64,000 bases of DNA from a virus: IMG/VR virus record IMGVR_UViG_3300048839_000196, positions 9,883 through 73,882 of that record; one strand, written 5' to 3'. The translations under genes and the position numbers were made by a program. Below are positions 55,033-64,000 of this stretch, piece after piece; the first letter of the stretch is position 1; every line of letters starts with the position of its first letter. Below the pieces are notes generated by a model, which did no database searches, had not been told where the DNA came from, and saw nothing but the letters and a program-made list of their open reading frames with translations.

Positions 55033-55884
55033 ATGTTCACAACAGACGAGTTCAACAACCTACCAAAGTCTGTCCTTGCTAGGATTCCAAAGCTGGAGGG
55101 TCAGACCGTTAAGTTCCGCGTAATGGGCGGATATCGAGATCACCACAATGGCGGAGTGATCAGATTCCCATACATGAAAACTGTGCCATCAACCGACATG
55201 ATTGTTGGCGAAAACAACGACGTGCATCAAATTGCACACATCACCCGGCGCGGTGGTCAGCCAGAAATGATCCTGTTTGAAAACTCCAATGCCGGACACA
55301 TCCTTATCTCTCCGGATCAAAGCGGCAAGTACCGGCCAGCAGACATTATCATGTATGAATACCTGATGCTCTGCAACTACAATGCGAACAACCCGCACCG
55401 CGACACAACAAAAGAGATCATCTTCGAGGAAGTGAACGACGCAAAGGCCGCTGAAGCTAAAGTCGAGAGTAAGCTATCCTCTATCGAGCTGATCCGTAGG
55501 GTCGCTGTATTGAGTGATGACCAAGTCCGGCTTGTGTCCGCAAAGCTCGGTACGAGCGAACCAACGGACTCTGTTCAATCCTTACGCGTCAAGCTCATGG
55601 ATGCAGCCGAAAGCGACTTCGATCAGCTCAATTCAATCATTCAGCAGGTCGAAGCAGACGGTGAACACTTGATCGCTGTTCAACGTGCCATGGATCTTCA
55701 GGTAATCTACCTAGACCGGCGCAACTTCGTATGGAAGTGGAAGACAACCAAACTGGATATCAAGGAAGGCGATCGGCAAAAAACCATCGCTGACAACGTA
55801 ACCTCATTTGCAAGGTGGCTCAGAGATAGTGACGATGGATCGAAAGTGTACGCCACCATCTTAGCGGCACTAAAAACCGATTAG
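55033..55884 (+). CDS. Conserved head-module protein (no signal peptide)
   Basis: 283 aa; position and helical C-half like the protein that follows the capsid gene in crAss-like phages. Confidence 0.5.
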   Translation: MFTTDEFNNLPKSVLARIPKLEGQTVKFRVMGGYRDHHNGGVIRFPYMKTVPSTDMIVGENNDVHQIAHITRRGGQPEMILFENSNAGHILISPDQSGKYRPADIIMYEYLMLCNYNANNPHRDTTKEIIFEEVNDAKAAEAKVESKLSSIELIRRVAVLSDDQVRLVSAKLGTSEPTDSVQSLRVKLMDAAESDFDQLNSIIQQVEADGEHLIAVQRAMDLQVIYLDRRNFVWKWKTTKLDIKEGDRQKTIADNVTSFARWLRDSDDGSKVYATILAALKTD

Positions 55885-55900
55885 TGTTTTGCCGATCTCA

Positions 55901-55938
55901 GCAAGTCCCTTGGCGCGATGCACGCGCTGAGGGCTTGT
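55901..55938 (+). terminator. Hairpin / terminator
   Basis: GCAAGTCCCTTGGCGCG...CGCGCTGAGGGCTTGT. Confidence 0.55.
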
Positions 55939-56014
55939 TATTTACGGTAGAAAACTACGGCTAATTATTAGGGTAAGCAGTAGTTTTCTACATTTGTACC
56001 ATAAACCAATTCAA

Positions 56015-57676
56015 ATGAAGAAGTTACTGACATTTACCGCACTACTGTCTTTGGTTGCAATTTCGTGCAACGCTCAGTGGGTGCGACCAAATACATTCAC
56101 AGAGGACACGGCGCCTACGAATGCAACATTCGAGGTGTACTCACAGAAGAACGGCCTGCCGCGCAGAGCGTCACTGGACAACCTGAAGAAGTTCTTCGAT
56201 CAGCGCATCTACACTTCTGGAGATTCGCTCTGCATCACAAGGACGGTAGGAGATACCTGCATATACCTACCGGCAGGGACCAGCGCCGGGGCAGATTATG
56301 ACGTCTGGGCGCTACGCTCTTCTGGCGCAAGCTACCTGCTTTCCGCTGATACTGTTGACAAGTACAACTATATGTACATTCAATACGAGGCAATCACAAC
56401 TCCTAGCGGGAGTACGATTACGTTACCGAATGTAACGGCTTCGATGATTGGGAAAGTTGTGGAGGTGAGCGTATTTTATACTGGCGCATCCGGCCTTTCC
56501 AGTGCATCCATTGCGGGCCCACTGACTATTGTGAATGGCACGAGTGTTACATATCCATCAAGCTATACTGCAACAACAGGAACTTATAAGTTTGTCGCAA
56601 CGCTCGCCATTGATCAGGTGGCCACATACCGCTGGCAGTTACTATCTACTGGCGGGTCGGGTTCCTCTTCATCCAAAAGGGTTAATGTGTCTCAAGCCAC
56701 AAGCACTACCATCACATTAACGTCTGGAGATTTCACGAGCACTGATATCTGGCATTTTTACGCCAACGCATCAAGCGGTAACTCTGGCGTCGTTCTCCCA
56801 AATCCAAGCGCCGATCTGGTTGGGAAGACGGTGTTTTTCTACCCGTTCGCGACAGCTCCGAATACCAACTCAATTAATGCTTCTTCGTTATTCCTGATCA
56901 AGTTTACTGGCCCAAATACTTTCACCAGCGCATCTTCAGTGACTATATCAAGACCGATCGCCATTGTCTGTATTCCAGCTCCAATCGGATTCTCTGGCTA
57001 CTATTGGGCATGGGACTACCTAGACCCGCTTGACGAAATACAGACTCTTACCTTTACAAACGACACGCTTTCAATCTCTGGCGGGAACTCGGTGTATATT
57101 CCATCCGGCGACTCTGTGCTGCTTGGCAATATCCAAGACATCTCTACAAACCGCCTACTTGGAAGATATACCGCTGGCACGGGTCCGGTTGAACAGCTTA
57201 CAATAGGCTCTGATTTCTCTACCGCTGGAGGCACGCTTGCACTGGCAAGCGCATCAGCTACCGGGTACAGCTTCCATATCGCCACTTTAGCAGGAGGTGG
57301 CCGCGTCATAGTGACATACTTCGGAGCAGCGCCAAGTGTATCTGGATCTACCGGCAACTACACGATCACATTCCCAGCGTCCTGTCGCCCGATCTCATTT
57401 ACGGTGAACGGCGGAGCAGGTGACCTCACTGGAGGCGGCGCCTTGAACATAACTTGTACATGGACAAGCCTTCCATCTTCGCTCAATACGAGCGAACTGC
57501 TTATGGTTATACCTGCGATAACTATTACTGAGACGACTACCGCAAGTAATATCCAACTCAGCAATCAGGGCACAGGCTATCAGATCACGCATCCGACGAT
57601 CTCTGCTGGCTCTACAACAACAACGATCACCGGCGTTTCCGGCATCGGTTCATATTCTATAAAAGGTGTATTCTAA
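56015..57676 (+). CDS. Secreted fibre/appendage protein A
   Basis: Start MKKLLTFTALLSLVAISCNA|Q; S/T/G-rich; TLP...GK modules; fibre motif QDISTNRLLGR.TAGTGPVEQLT. Confidence 0.75.
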   Translation: MKKLLTFTALLSLVAISCNAQWVRPNTFTEDTAPTNATFEVYSQKNGLPRRASLDNLKKFFDQRIYTSGDSLCITRTVGDTCIYLPAGTSAGADYDVWALRSSGASYLLSADTVDKYNYMYIQYEAITTPSGSTITLPNVTASMIGKVVEVSVFYTGASGLSSASIAGPLTIVNGTSVTYPSSYTATTGTYKFVATLAIDQVATYRWQLLSTGGSGSSSSKRVNVSQATSTTITLTSGDFTSTDIWHFYANASSGNSGVVLPNPSADLVGKTVFFYPFATAPNTNSINASSLFLIKFTGPNTFTSASSVTISRPIAIVCIPAPIGFSGYYWAWDYLDPLDEIQTLTFTNDTLSISGGNSVYIPSGDSVLLGNIQDISTNRLLGRYTAGTGPVEQLTIGSDFSTAGGTLALASASATGYSFHIATLAGGGRVIVTYFGAAPSVSGSTGNYTITFPASCRPISFTVNGGAGDLTGGGALNITCTWTSLPSSLNTSELLMVIPAITITETTTASNIQLSNQGTGYQITHPTISAGSTTTTITGVSGIGSYSIKGVF

Positions 57677-59091
57677 TGAGAAAATTACTTGTCATACTGA
57701 TCACAGTACTTTCGCTAGAGGGGTACGCTCAGGACACACTGATTCGCAAGTTCAATGCAACAGTGACGTTCTCTGGCTTTGCTATTACTCCGACGTCGAG
57801 ATACGCTGGTACGCTTCTAGTCAATGATCAGACGAATACCTATACGGCATCCAGTGTGACAGTAGGCGATTATGTATTCACGTCGGCAGGTGGAACTTAT
57901 GTGGTTGATACCGTCGGCGCCGCATCATTATTCTCTATACCTGTTACGATCCGGCAGATCAGCGGGCAGACTGCGGTGCCTTCCGGAGTTGGGGATGTAA
58001 CAAAGCCAAGTACAAATTACGGACTCTTTACATTCACACCAGATAATCAGAACGGCGTATCTTCTCAAATGCAGTTTATAAAGCTCAGCGGACTAGTTCA
58101 TCGAATCGACTCTATCTTTCAGTCTGGCGGCAACGGACTCATCTCAGCGCTCCCTCTGGGTAGTGTAACAATAGACGCCAATGGTAACACACTTCGACTT
58201 GACACTATTAATACGTTCACTGCCATGTACTCAGCGACAGCGGGGATCACTAAGGGTAGGACAAGCTATTCGACCATGGCGTCAACTCCAAGGAACGACA
58301 TCAATAACGGGCTTGTGTTGAACAACGCAGGCGGAGCTTATCTGCATTTTACAAACGGAACGACTGCTGGAAATGTGCAGGCGTTCACCGACAGATCCGG
58401 TCTGCGTGCATGGGGCGCAACTCAGCTTGTCGCAGATATTGAGGTTAATGCTACAAATACAGTTCATGTAAGGTCTTATAATCCATCATCTGGAGTAATA
58501 GAAAGCAGCGTTACATTAAATGGGAAGACAATGACCATTGATGCCGACTCCATTATAAAGATGTACGACATATACAATCTGCCAAATGCGACCCCACCTT
58601 CAGATGGAACGCCATACGTTATGTCATGGACGAATAACACTCCGTCATTTTCTTCTGCCGTGGCCGCAAGTACATATGATGCGGGCAACGGCGCCTTTGT
58701 TACAGCTACCGGTGGCGGGGTGACATTCTCAAGGACAGACGGTGTAACTGGCACCTTCACTATTCCGGCTGGAGTAGAACTTCTTAGTGGATCAATACAT
58801 CACTCTTCTGCTCAAAACCCGGGCAGCGTGTACTATATTCGGTTCGACTTCCAAGGAAGCAGGGCGACGAACACGGGTATAAATACACTTTCTCCACCGA
58901 TCGTAAGAGTGATCAACAAGTATCTAGCTGCTCCAAGTAGGACGAACCCAGCCACGTTTGACTCTACGAGCGGAACGATAAACCTTACTGCTCGGGTTAC
59001 TGGTGTGTCGCCACTTGAAATGAAGCTAGAGAACTATAACAACTCCGTTGTTGGTGGATCGCAAGAAACGATGATTAAATTCGTGTTCTGA
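57676..59091 (+). CDS. Secreted fibre/appendage protein B
   Basis: MRKLLVILITVLSLEGYA|Q; beta-rich. Confidence 0.75.
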   Translation: MRKLLVILITVLSLEGYAQDTLIRKFNATVTFSGFAITPTSRYAGTLLVNDQTNTYTASSVTVGDYVFTSAGGTYVVDTVGAASLFSIPVTIRQISGQTAVPSGVGDVTKPSTNYGLFTFTPDNQNGVSSQMQFIKLSGLVHRIDSIFQSGGNGLISALPLGSVTIDANGNTLRLDTINTFTAMYSATAGITKGRTSYSTMASTPRNDINNGLVLNNAGGAYLHFTNGTTAGNVQAFTDRSGLRAWGATQLVADIEVNATNTVHVRSYNPSSGVIESSVTLNGKTMTIDADSIIKMYDIYNLPNATPPSDGTPYVMSWTNNTPSFSSAVAASTYDAGNGAFVTATGGGVTFSRTDGVTGTFTIPAGVELLSGSIHHSSAQNPGSVYYIRFDFQGSRATNTGINTLSPPIVRVINKYLAAPSRTNPATFDSTSGTINLTARVTGVSPLEMKLENYNNSVVGGSQETMIKFVF

Positions 59092-59897
59092 TGAAGAAAA
59101 TAATTATCCCATTTCTATTGCTACCAGTCTTCCTGTTCGCTCAGGCGGACTTCAATGGTTTTGGGGATGTTACACAATCAACTTATGTCAATGATAGTAC
59201 CTTTACTGTTCGGATTATATTCACTGGAGCTTACTATGACGGAGGACAGCACATTGTAGATAGCGTAAAAACCGGGGACTACTTCTACACTGACTGCTCA
59301 GCTTACAGGATATCTACAATCACGATAAAGACTAGCGGCGTATTTGAGGGTAATATCGTAAAGCGTGGGACTGGAGGCCAGCCGGGCGTTGGATTCAGGG
59401 CAACATTATTCCGTAGGACACCATCAAGGTTACTGCTTCGAGGTACGATATATGGAAATGATAATTACGGGATAGCGGCAAATGAGTACAATTGCATACT
59501 CCAGAGCTTGATCACACAGCTAGATACGATTGGCACTGTAAGCGGAGGTGGGGTGGTTGACTCTACTCGAATCATTCAGGATTCGATTGCAGTTTACTAT
59601 CAAGCTGGTATTGAGATAGGTAGAGATACTATTCGTCCGTCAGGTACTATCGGAGGTGGCGATGATTGGGGCGCACAGGTGGTTGTTACAGACGCGATGA
59701 CCTTATCAGGTAATGGGACACCGGGTGATCCATTAAAAGTAGAGGTTGGTACTATGCGAACAAAATTATCTGTTGGTACTTATGCAAACGACACATCAGC
59801 AGGGGCCGGTGGAGTTCTTACCGGCGAGTGGTATATTCTTTCAGCAACAAATACACTTGGGCTTCCACCCGGTACATTAAGACAAAAAATCTATTAG
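59091..59897 (+). CDS. Secreted fibre/appendage protein C
   Basis: MKKIIIPFLLLPVFLFA|Q; fibre motifs TLSGNGTPGDPLKV and YANDTSAGAGGV. Confidence 0.75.
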   Translation: MKKIIIPFLLLPVFLFAQADFNGFGDVTQSTYVNDSTFTVRIIFTGAYYDGGQHIVDSVKTGDYFYTDCSAYRISTITIKTSGVFEGNIVKRGTGGQPGVGFRATLFRRTPSRLLLRGTIYGNDNYGIAANEYNCILQSLITQLDTIGTVSGGGVVDSTRIIQDSIAVYYQAGIEIGRDTIRPSGTIGGGDDWGAQVVVTDAMTLSGNGTPGDPLKVEVGTMRTKLSVGTYANDTSAGAGGVLTGEWYILSATNTLGLPPGTLRQKIY

Positions 59898-59899
59898 CA

Positions 59900-60790
59900 G
59901 TGAGAATCTTGTTGGCATTTATCTTGCTTGCCGCATTTTCTGCGGCGTTCGCCCAAACATCAATTATCGGTGGGTCTGGGGTAACTATTGTAAATGGAAA
60001 CCCAAACTCAAACGCCGATCTAGCTGATCAGGACTTGAGGTATGAGGCTGGTATAGCGCTAGATACCACGAACAACTTGCTGTACATCTACCGACATGAC
60101 GCAGCGCCCGGGTCGAAATGGGTGGACTACTCAGCAGTGGTATCTTCTGATACAGATACTCGACTGAATAATTTCACCTACTCTGGCGGGAAGATCAGGT
60201 GGGATGTGTATAATGTAAAAACGTCATCTGTTATTTCCAGCGACTCTCTTGATATTTCAGCAGTGAATACAGACGCACAGAACCTAACATTCACTGGTGC
60301 GTCTTCTCCATTTACGCTAGACATATCTGGAGGTACGGATGTAACAATAGCATCTGGTACAGGTATAACTTTATCGATGAGCACCAATGAGCTGACGGTA
60401 ACCAACTCAGCTCCAGACCAAACGGTTTCTATATCCGGGACAGGCATTACAGTTGGCGGCACATACCCATCATTTACTCTTACTGCGACTGACCAATCAG
60501 TGACGAATGAAGCACAGACTATATCTTCATCTGCTGTCTCTGCTAGTGCATCTAACCTCACGCTTAATCAAGTCGGAGGCGCAGGAGGAGGCACGGTTGC
60601 GGTGAGCGGAGCAGGAGGTGTGGTACTGACTGGCGGAGCGAATACATTGACTTTCGGCACATCTGCTGTTACGGCTAAAAACTTTGCGGATGCAAACACG
60701 CAGGGCGTAGTTGTTGGTGGGTATTTCTACGCATCTCAGGATAATACAATGGGCTTGACGCCCGGGAGTTATGTTCGCCGAATGTTTTAA
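59900..60790 (+). CDS. Secreted fibre/appendage protein D
   Basis: GTG start 59900 gives MRILLAFILLAAFSAAFA|Q; SGTGIT fibre repeats and NSAPDQTVSISG. Confidence 0.75.
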   Translation: MRILLAFILLAAFSAAFAQTSIIGGSGVTIVNGNPNSNADLADQDLRYEAGIALDTTNNLLYIYRHDAAPGSKWVDYSAVVSSDTDTRLNNFTYSGGKIRWDVYNVKTSSVISSDSLDISAVNTDAQNLTFTGASSPFTLDISGGTDVTIASGTGITLSMSTNELTVTNSAPDQTVSISGTGITVGGTYPSFTLTATDQSVTNEAQTISSSAVSASASNLTLNQVGGAGGGTVAVSGAGGVVLTGGANTLTFGTSAVTAKNFADANTQGVVVGGYFYASQDNTMGLTPGSYVRRMF

Positions 60791-60801
60791 AAAGGAGTAC
60801 T

Positions 60802-63800
60802 ATGTATAAACTTATTCTGACTTTATTTATTTCATTAGCTTCAGTATCGCTTGTTGGGCAGGCGGTAGTCGGTGGGTCTGGAGTTTGCGTGGTAAGTGGA
60901 AACCCAAACAGCATGAGTGCTATTGAGGATCAGGACTTCCGCGTGAACTGCTTGATTGCTTACGACACATCCACGAAGATCCTTTATTGGTATGACAAGA
61001 CATTCTCTATTGGGAATCGTTGGCGCCAAGTAAATCCATCAGAAAGATACAGTAAGTATTTTGAGTCAACAGGTGCAGACTTGCCGTCAGACAGCACTAA
61101 CCTGTACAAGTTGTCCGCGTCATTTGTAAGTGTTTACTTGCGTTTGCAATCCGGAGCGTCGTCCAACTTGCTAATGAATTTTGACAATCCATTGTCATCT
61201 GATTTAGGGAAAGTATTCATAATTACAGCAGACGACGAAGACGGCACTTGGGCTGTACAATTATCTGGGTTGATTAGAGTTTCTGGATCGACAGTTACCA
61301 CATACACAATGGTTCATGGCGAGACGGTCATTTTAACCGCACAGGAAACAGATGATGGCAATAGATGGGTAATGTCTTCAGTGAGTCAATCTAAAGTTGC
61401 GTCAATGATTGTGGATAGCCTATCTGGGTATTCAACACTAGTGGATTCGACGCGCATCATATCCGACAGCGTAGCCGTGTATTATCAAAACGGCTCCGAG
61501 GTTGGCAGGGACACTATCAGAGTGCCAAGCTCAGGCGGCGGATCAGGCACAGTGACAAGTGTAGCGACAGGCGTAGGTCTTACAGGCGGCCCGATCACGA
61601 CAACGGGAGTAATTAGCGTAGATCATGGCACTCAGTTCTATAATTATACTTTCACGCAGGCGGCGGCAAGCATGAGCGACACTGGCAGGGACGGGAGCGC
61701 GCTTGTACAGATGGGGGATTATCTTTTCTTGCTTGGCGGATGGAACCCGGCATATACGCCACAGACCTTTTCTTCTCAATTTCGTGCCCACAAAAACAGC
61801 CCCCAAACATGGGTAAAACTCAAAGACGCGCCTTGGTATCGTCGGCATACAGTAGGGCACGGAGTTATCGGAGATACTGCTTTTATATGGGGGCAAGATT
61901 ATTACAGCTCTTCTAATGCAAATGATATATGGAAAGGTTATTTGAATGGGGATACTATAGTTTGGGCGCTGGTTGACACATTGCCATACCCTAGAAGCCG
62001 CATTCTTTTTGGCGGGACTGTACATAATGGGTGTTTGTTTACCGTCGGCGGGCAGGTAACACTGAACGACACTACAAGCACGCGCAATGATGTATGGAGA
62101 AGCTGCGACAACGGAAAAACATGGTCGCAGGTTGCAAGTGGATTAAGCTGGGCGAATAAAAACCTTTGGGGCGCGGTAGCTTCGTATAATGGGTATTTAT
62201 GGGCAGTTTCCGGCGGGTATTATTTGACGCCAAAAAGTTACACAAATACAATATATCGCAGCATAGACGGTGTTACATGGGAACAAATGCCTAATTATCC
62301 TTTTCTAGGCGTGGATTATCCGCAGACTGTTGTGCATGATGGAAAATTATGGGTATTACATGGCGGCGCAAGTTCCAATAATCTAGGCATTGACACAATC
62401 GCTTATATGGACAGCGGAGGGAACTGGCGACAAGTTCTTAATTCAATGCCCGGCAGACATGCCGCCGCCGCTATTTCAGTAGATGTTGGCACGGATTCAA
62501 GTAAGCTAGTAGTGATGACTGGCACACTTGGCAGCGGTCCTCTTTCAAGTGATGTGTGGATTGTAGAAAGATCAGGCTATGACTACATTACTGCTGGGCA
62601 AGACGCTATTTTGCGAAAACTAGAAGTGAGAGATTCATTATTTTCAACACTAATTGTGCCAAAATCAGGGACATCTGTTAATGTAATCAATAATGCGCTA
62701 TACGTATCAAGTAACAAAATAGGAATCAATCAAACTCCGGCAAATTTACCCGGAGCAATGAATTTCAACGCAGTGAACATGTATGTAGGCGCTAATATTG
62801 GATCCGCTGGCGGCGGGAATCTTTATGAGGGAACCGGACGAACCGCAAACACTGAAAAGTCTTTCATAATGACTATGCCGTCATATAGTGGGACATCTGA
62901 CAGAATAGGGCTGATATCCGCGTATAATTACGGCGCAACAAATAACCGTTTTTATATTGGGTCAGCTGGCGCTATTAGCCTCGCAGGTCCTGATTACATT
63001 ACAATAGGGCCAAAAGTAGCAACCGGATCGCGTCCCACAGCATGGACATCGGGGCAAACAACAAATACCCGAGGTACGTTTGGTGTTGGCGCTTGGAATG
63101 ATGGCATTCCAAGTTATGGCGTCGGCGCTTTTGAAAACACGGACTATCAGACACACACTTCAGGCCATCGTGCTGCATATACAGGCGGTGGTGGATTTGT
63201 GGCGTCATCAGGAAATGGGACATGGGCGTTAATAGACCTTAGGGATAATATCGTCCAAACAGGAACCGCGACCGGCGCAACTTGGGGGCTAAGAATACGC
63301 CCTTCTATTACCGCAGCGCCTAATTGGACTGCTATATCAATAGAAAGCAATCAAGGGATTGGAGTGTATCAATCCGGCGCAAGCGCAACAAATAACTTCG
63401 CAGGCTCTACCCGCATAGGCTCCACGTCGGCCCCGGCCCGTCGCTTACATGTTTCCGGCGTGGTGCGCTTAGATTCGCTTGCATCATTCACCCCGACGCG
63501 CGTTGTCGGCGCTAACACGGATGGGGATTTAGGCGCGTGGACTATGAGCGTGTTAGCGGATAGCATCGACAACTATATTACCACGTCCGGGGTAACGGAC
63601 GGCGACAAAGGCGACATAGACGTGACAAGCTCCGGGGCCGTGTGGACAATAGACACGGCGGCGGTTAATACGCTGAAAATCGCAGACGGCGCGGTAACCT
63701 CCGACAAGCTCGCAAGCGGGGCCGCAGGTGGGGCGAAATTGGGCGGGTTGACTTACTTAAGCGTAGATGACGCAGATGTGGACTTAAGCAATTATCTGAC

Positions 63801-64000
63801 AATCGACTGGATAAGCAACTATTCACAGCTTGTTGTCTGGCTGCGCATCGGAAACACAGCGAGCCGGACGGTAACTTTCCCGGAGCCGTCAAGTACATAC
63901 GCAGGGAAAATAGTTGAAGTGTTTTTCGGAACAACAAACGGCGGTACGCACTTCGGGCAGATCACAAGCGGCGGCACAAACCGCCTGACGTACCGGGATG
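60802..64000 (+). CDS. Secreted fibre/receptor-binding protein E with Kelch-like beta-propeller (>1066 aa, 3'-truncated, not in ORF track)
   Basis: Manual translation is open to the window end: MYKLILTLFISLASVSLVG|Q; GTVTSVATGVGLTGGPITTTG; Kelch/Asp-box repeats (LFLLGG, LFTVGG, VWRSCDNGKTW, YRSIDGVTW); DGDKGDIDV; KIADGAVTSDKLA. Confidence 0.85.
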   Translation, partial: MYKLILTLFISLASVSLVGQAVVGGSGVCVVSGNPNSMSAIEDQDFRVNCLIAYDTSTKILYWYDKTFSIGNRWRQVNPSERYSKYFESTGADLPSDSTNLYKLSASFVSVYLRLQSGASSNLLMNFDNPLSSDLGKVFIITADDEDGTWAVQLSGLIRVSGSTVTTYTMVHGETVILTAQETDDGNRWVMSSVSQSKVASMIVDSLSGYSTLVDSTRIISDSVAVYYQNGSEVGRDTIRVPSSGGGSGTVTSVATGVGLTGGPITTTGVISVDHGTQFYNYTFTQAAASMSDTGRDGSALVQMGDYLFLLGGWNPAYTPQTFSSQFRAHKNSPQTWVKLKDAPWYRRHTVGHGVIGDTAFIWGQDYYSSSNANDIWKGYLNGDTIVWALVDTLPYPRSRILFGGTVHNGCLFTVGGQVTLNDTTSTRNDVWRSCDNGKTWSQVASGLSWANKNLWGAVASYNGYLWAVSGGYYLTPKSYTNTIYRSIDGVTWEQMPNYPFLGVDYPQTVVHDGKLWVLHGGASSNNLGIDTIAYMDSGGNWRQVLNSMPGRHAAAAISVDVGTDSSKLVVMTGTLGSGPLSSDVWIVERSGYDYITAGQDAILRKLEVRDSLFSTLIVPKSGTSVNVINNALYVSSNKIGINQTPANLPGAMNFNAVNMYVGANIGSAGGGNLYEGTGRTANTEKSFIMTMPSYSGTSDRIGLISAYNYGATNNRFYIGSAGAISLAGPDYITIGPKVATGSRPTAWTSGQTTNTRGTFGVGAWNDGIPSYGVGAFENTDYQTHTSGHRAAYTGGGGFVASSGNGTWALIDLRDNIVQTGTATGATWGLRIRPSITAAPNWTAISIESNQGIGVYQSGASATNNFAGSTRIGSTSAPARRLHVSGVVRLDSLASFTPTRVVGANTDGDLGAWTMSVLADSIDNYITTSGVTDGDKGDIDVTSSGAVWTIDTAAVNTLKIADGAVTSDKLASGAAGGAKLGGLTYLSVDDADVDLSNYLTIDWISNYSQLVVWLRIGNTASRTVTFPEPSSTYAGKIVEVFFGTTNGGTHFGQITSGGTNRLTYRD

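Noticed and set aside
56015-60790. Outer-membrane beta-barrels, autotransporters or T9SS cargo (A to D end in F or Y)
   Set aside because: No amphipathic barrel pattern or recognisable T9SS C-terminal domain. The terminal aromatic residue is noted but is not enough evidence.
1-64000. Stop-codon reassignment as in some crAss-like phages
   Set aside because: Genes are full length in the standard code; TAG, TGA and TAA all end genes at sensible boundaries; no suppressor tRNA was seen.
1-64000. CRISPR array or diversity-generating retroelement
   Set aside because: No regularly spaced repeats, no reverse transcriptase and no adenine-specific TR/VR pair were seen. The 78-bp repeats are non-coding promoter copies.

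Overview
The window is a large, contiguous part of a dsDNA tailed phage genome with a podovirus-like, Crassvirales-type morphogenesis module. The host is almost certainly a Bacteroidota bacterium: I found 11 promoters with exact TTG-N20-TAnnTTT(G/A) geometry, A-rich leaders without Shine-Dalgarno motifs, and A/G|Q signal peptides. Gene order from left to right is: end of a + strand operon (S8 protease, secreted small protein); a - strand tail and ejection module (three ring proteins, muzzle/stabilization protein, cargo proteins, a 3105-aa polyvalent protein); lysins; replication and recombination genes (SSB-like, T7 gp4-like primase-helicase, YqaJ, SSAP, tyrosine recombinase); an AT-rich early region with many host promoters; a small-RNA/tRNA cluster; nucleotide metabolism genes; terminase, portal, scaffold and major capsid protein; then five fibre-like genes, the last running off the window and absent from the ORF track. 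Three observations stand out. (1) The fibre and decoration proteins carry Sec signal peptides, paired cysteines and many Bacteroidota O-glycosylation sequons D-[ST]-[AILVMT], and they share end domains in a daisy chain. This suggests virion appendages made and glycosylated in the host periplasm. (2) A low-GC gene sits between two attC-like hairpins whose R''/R' boxes are cross-complementary, as expected for an integron-type cassette insertion, next to a tyrosine recombinase. (3) There are several non-canonical tRNA-like RNAs. All family calls come from motif recognition by eye, all counts are manual, and no database search was run.
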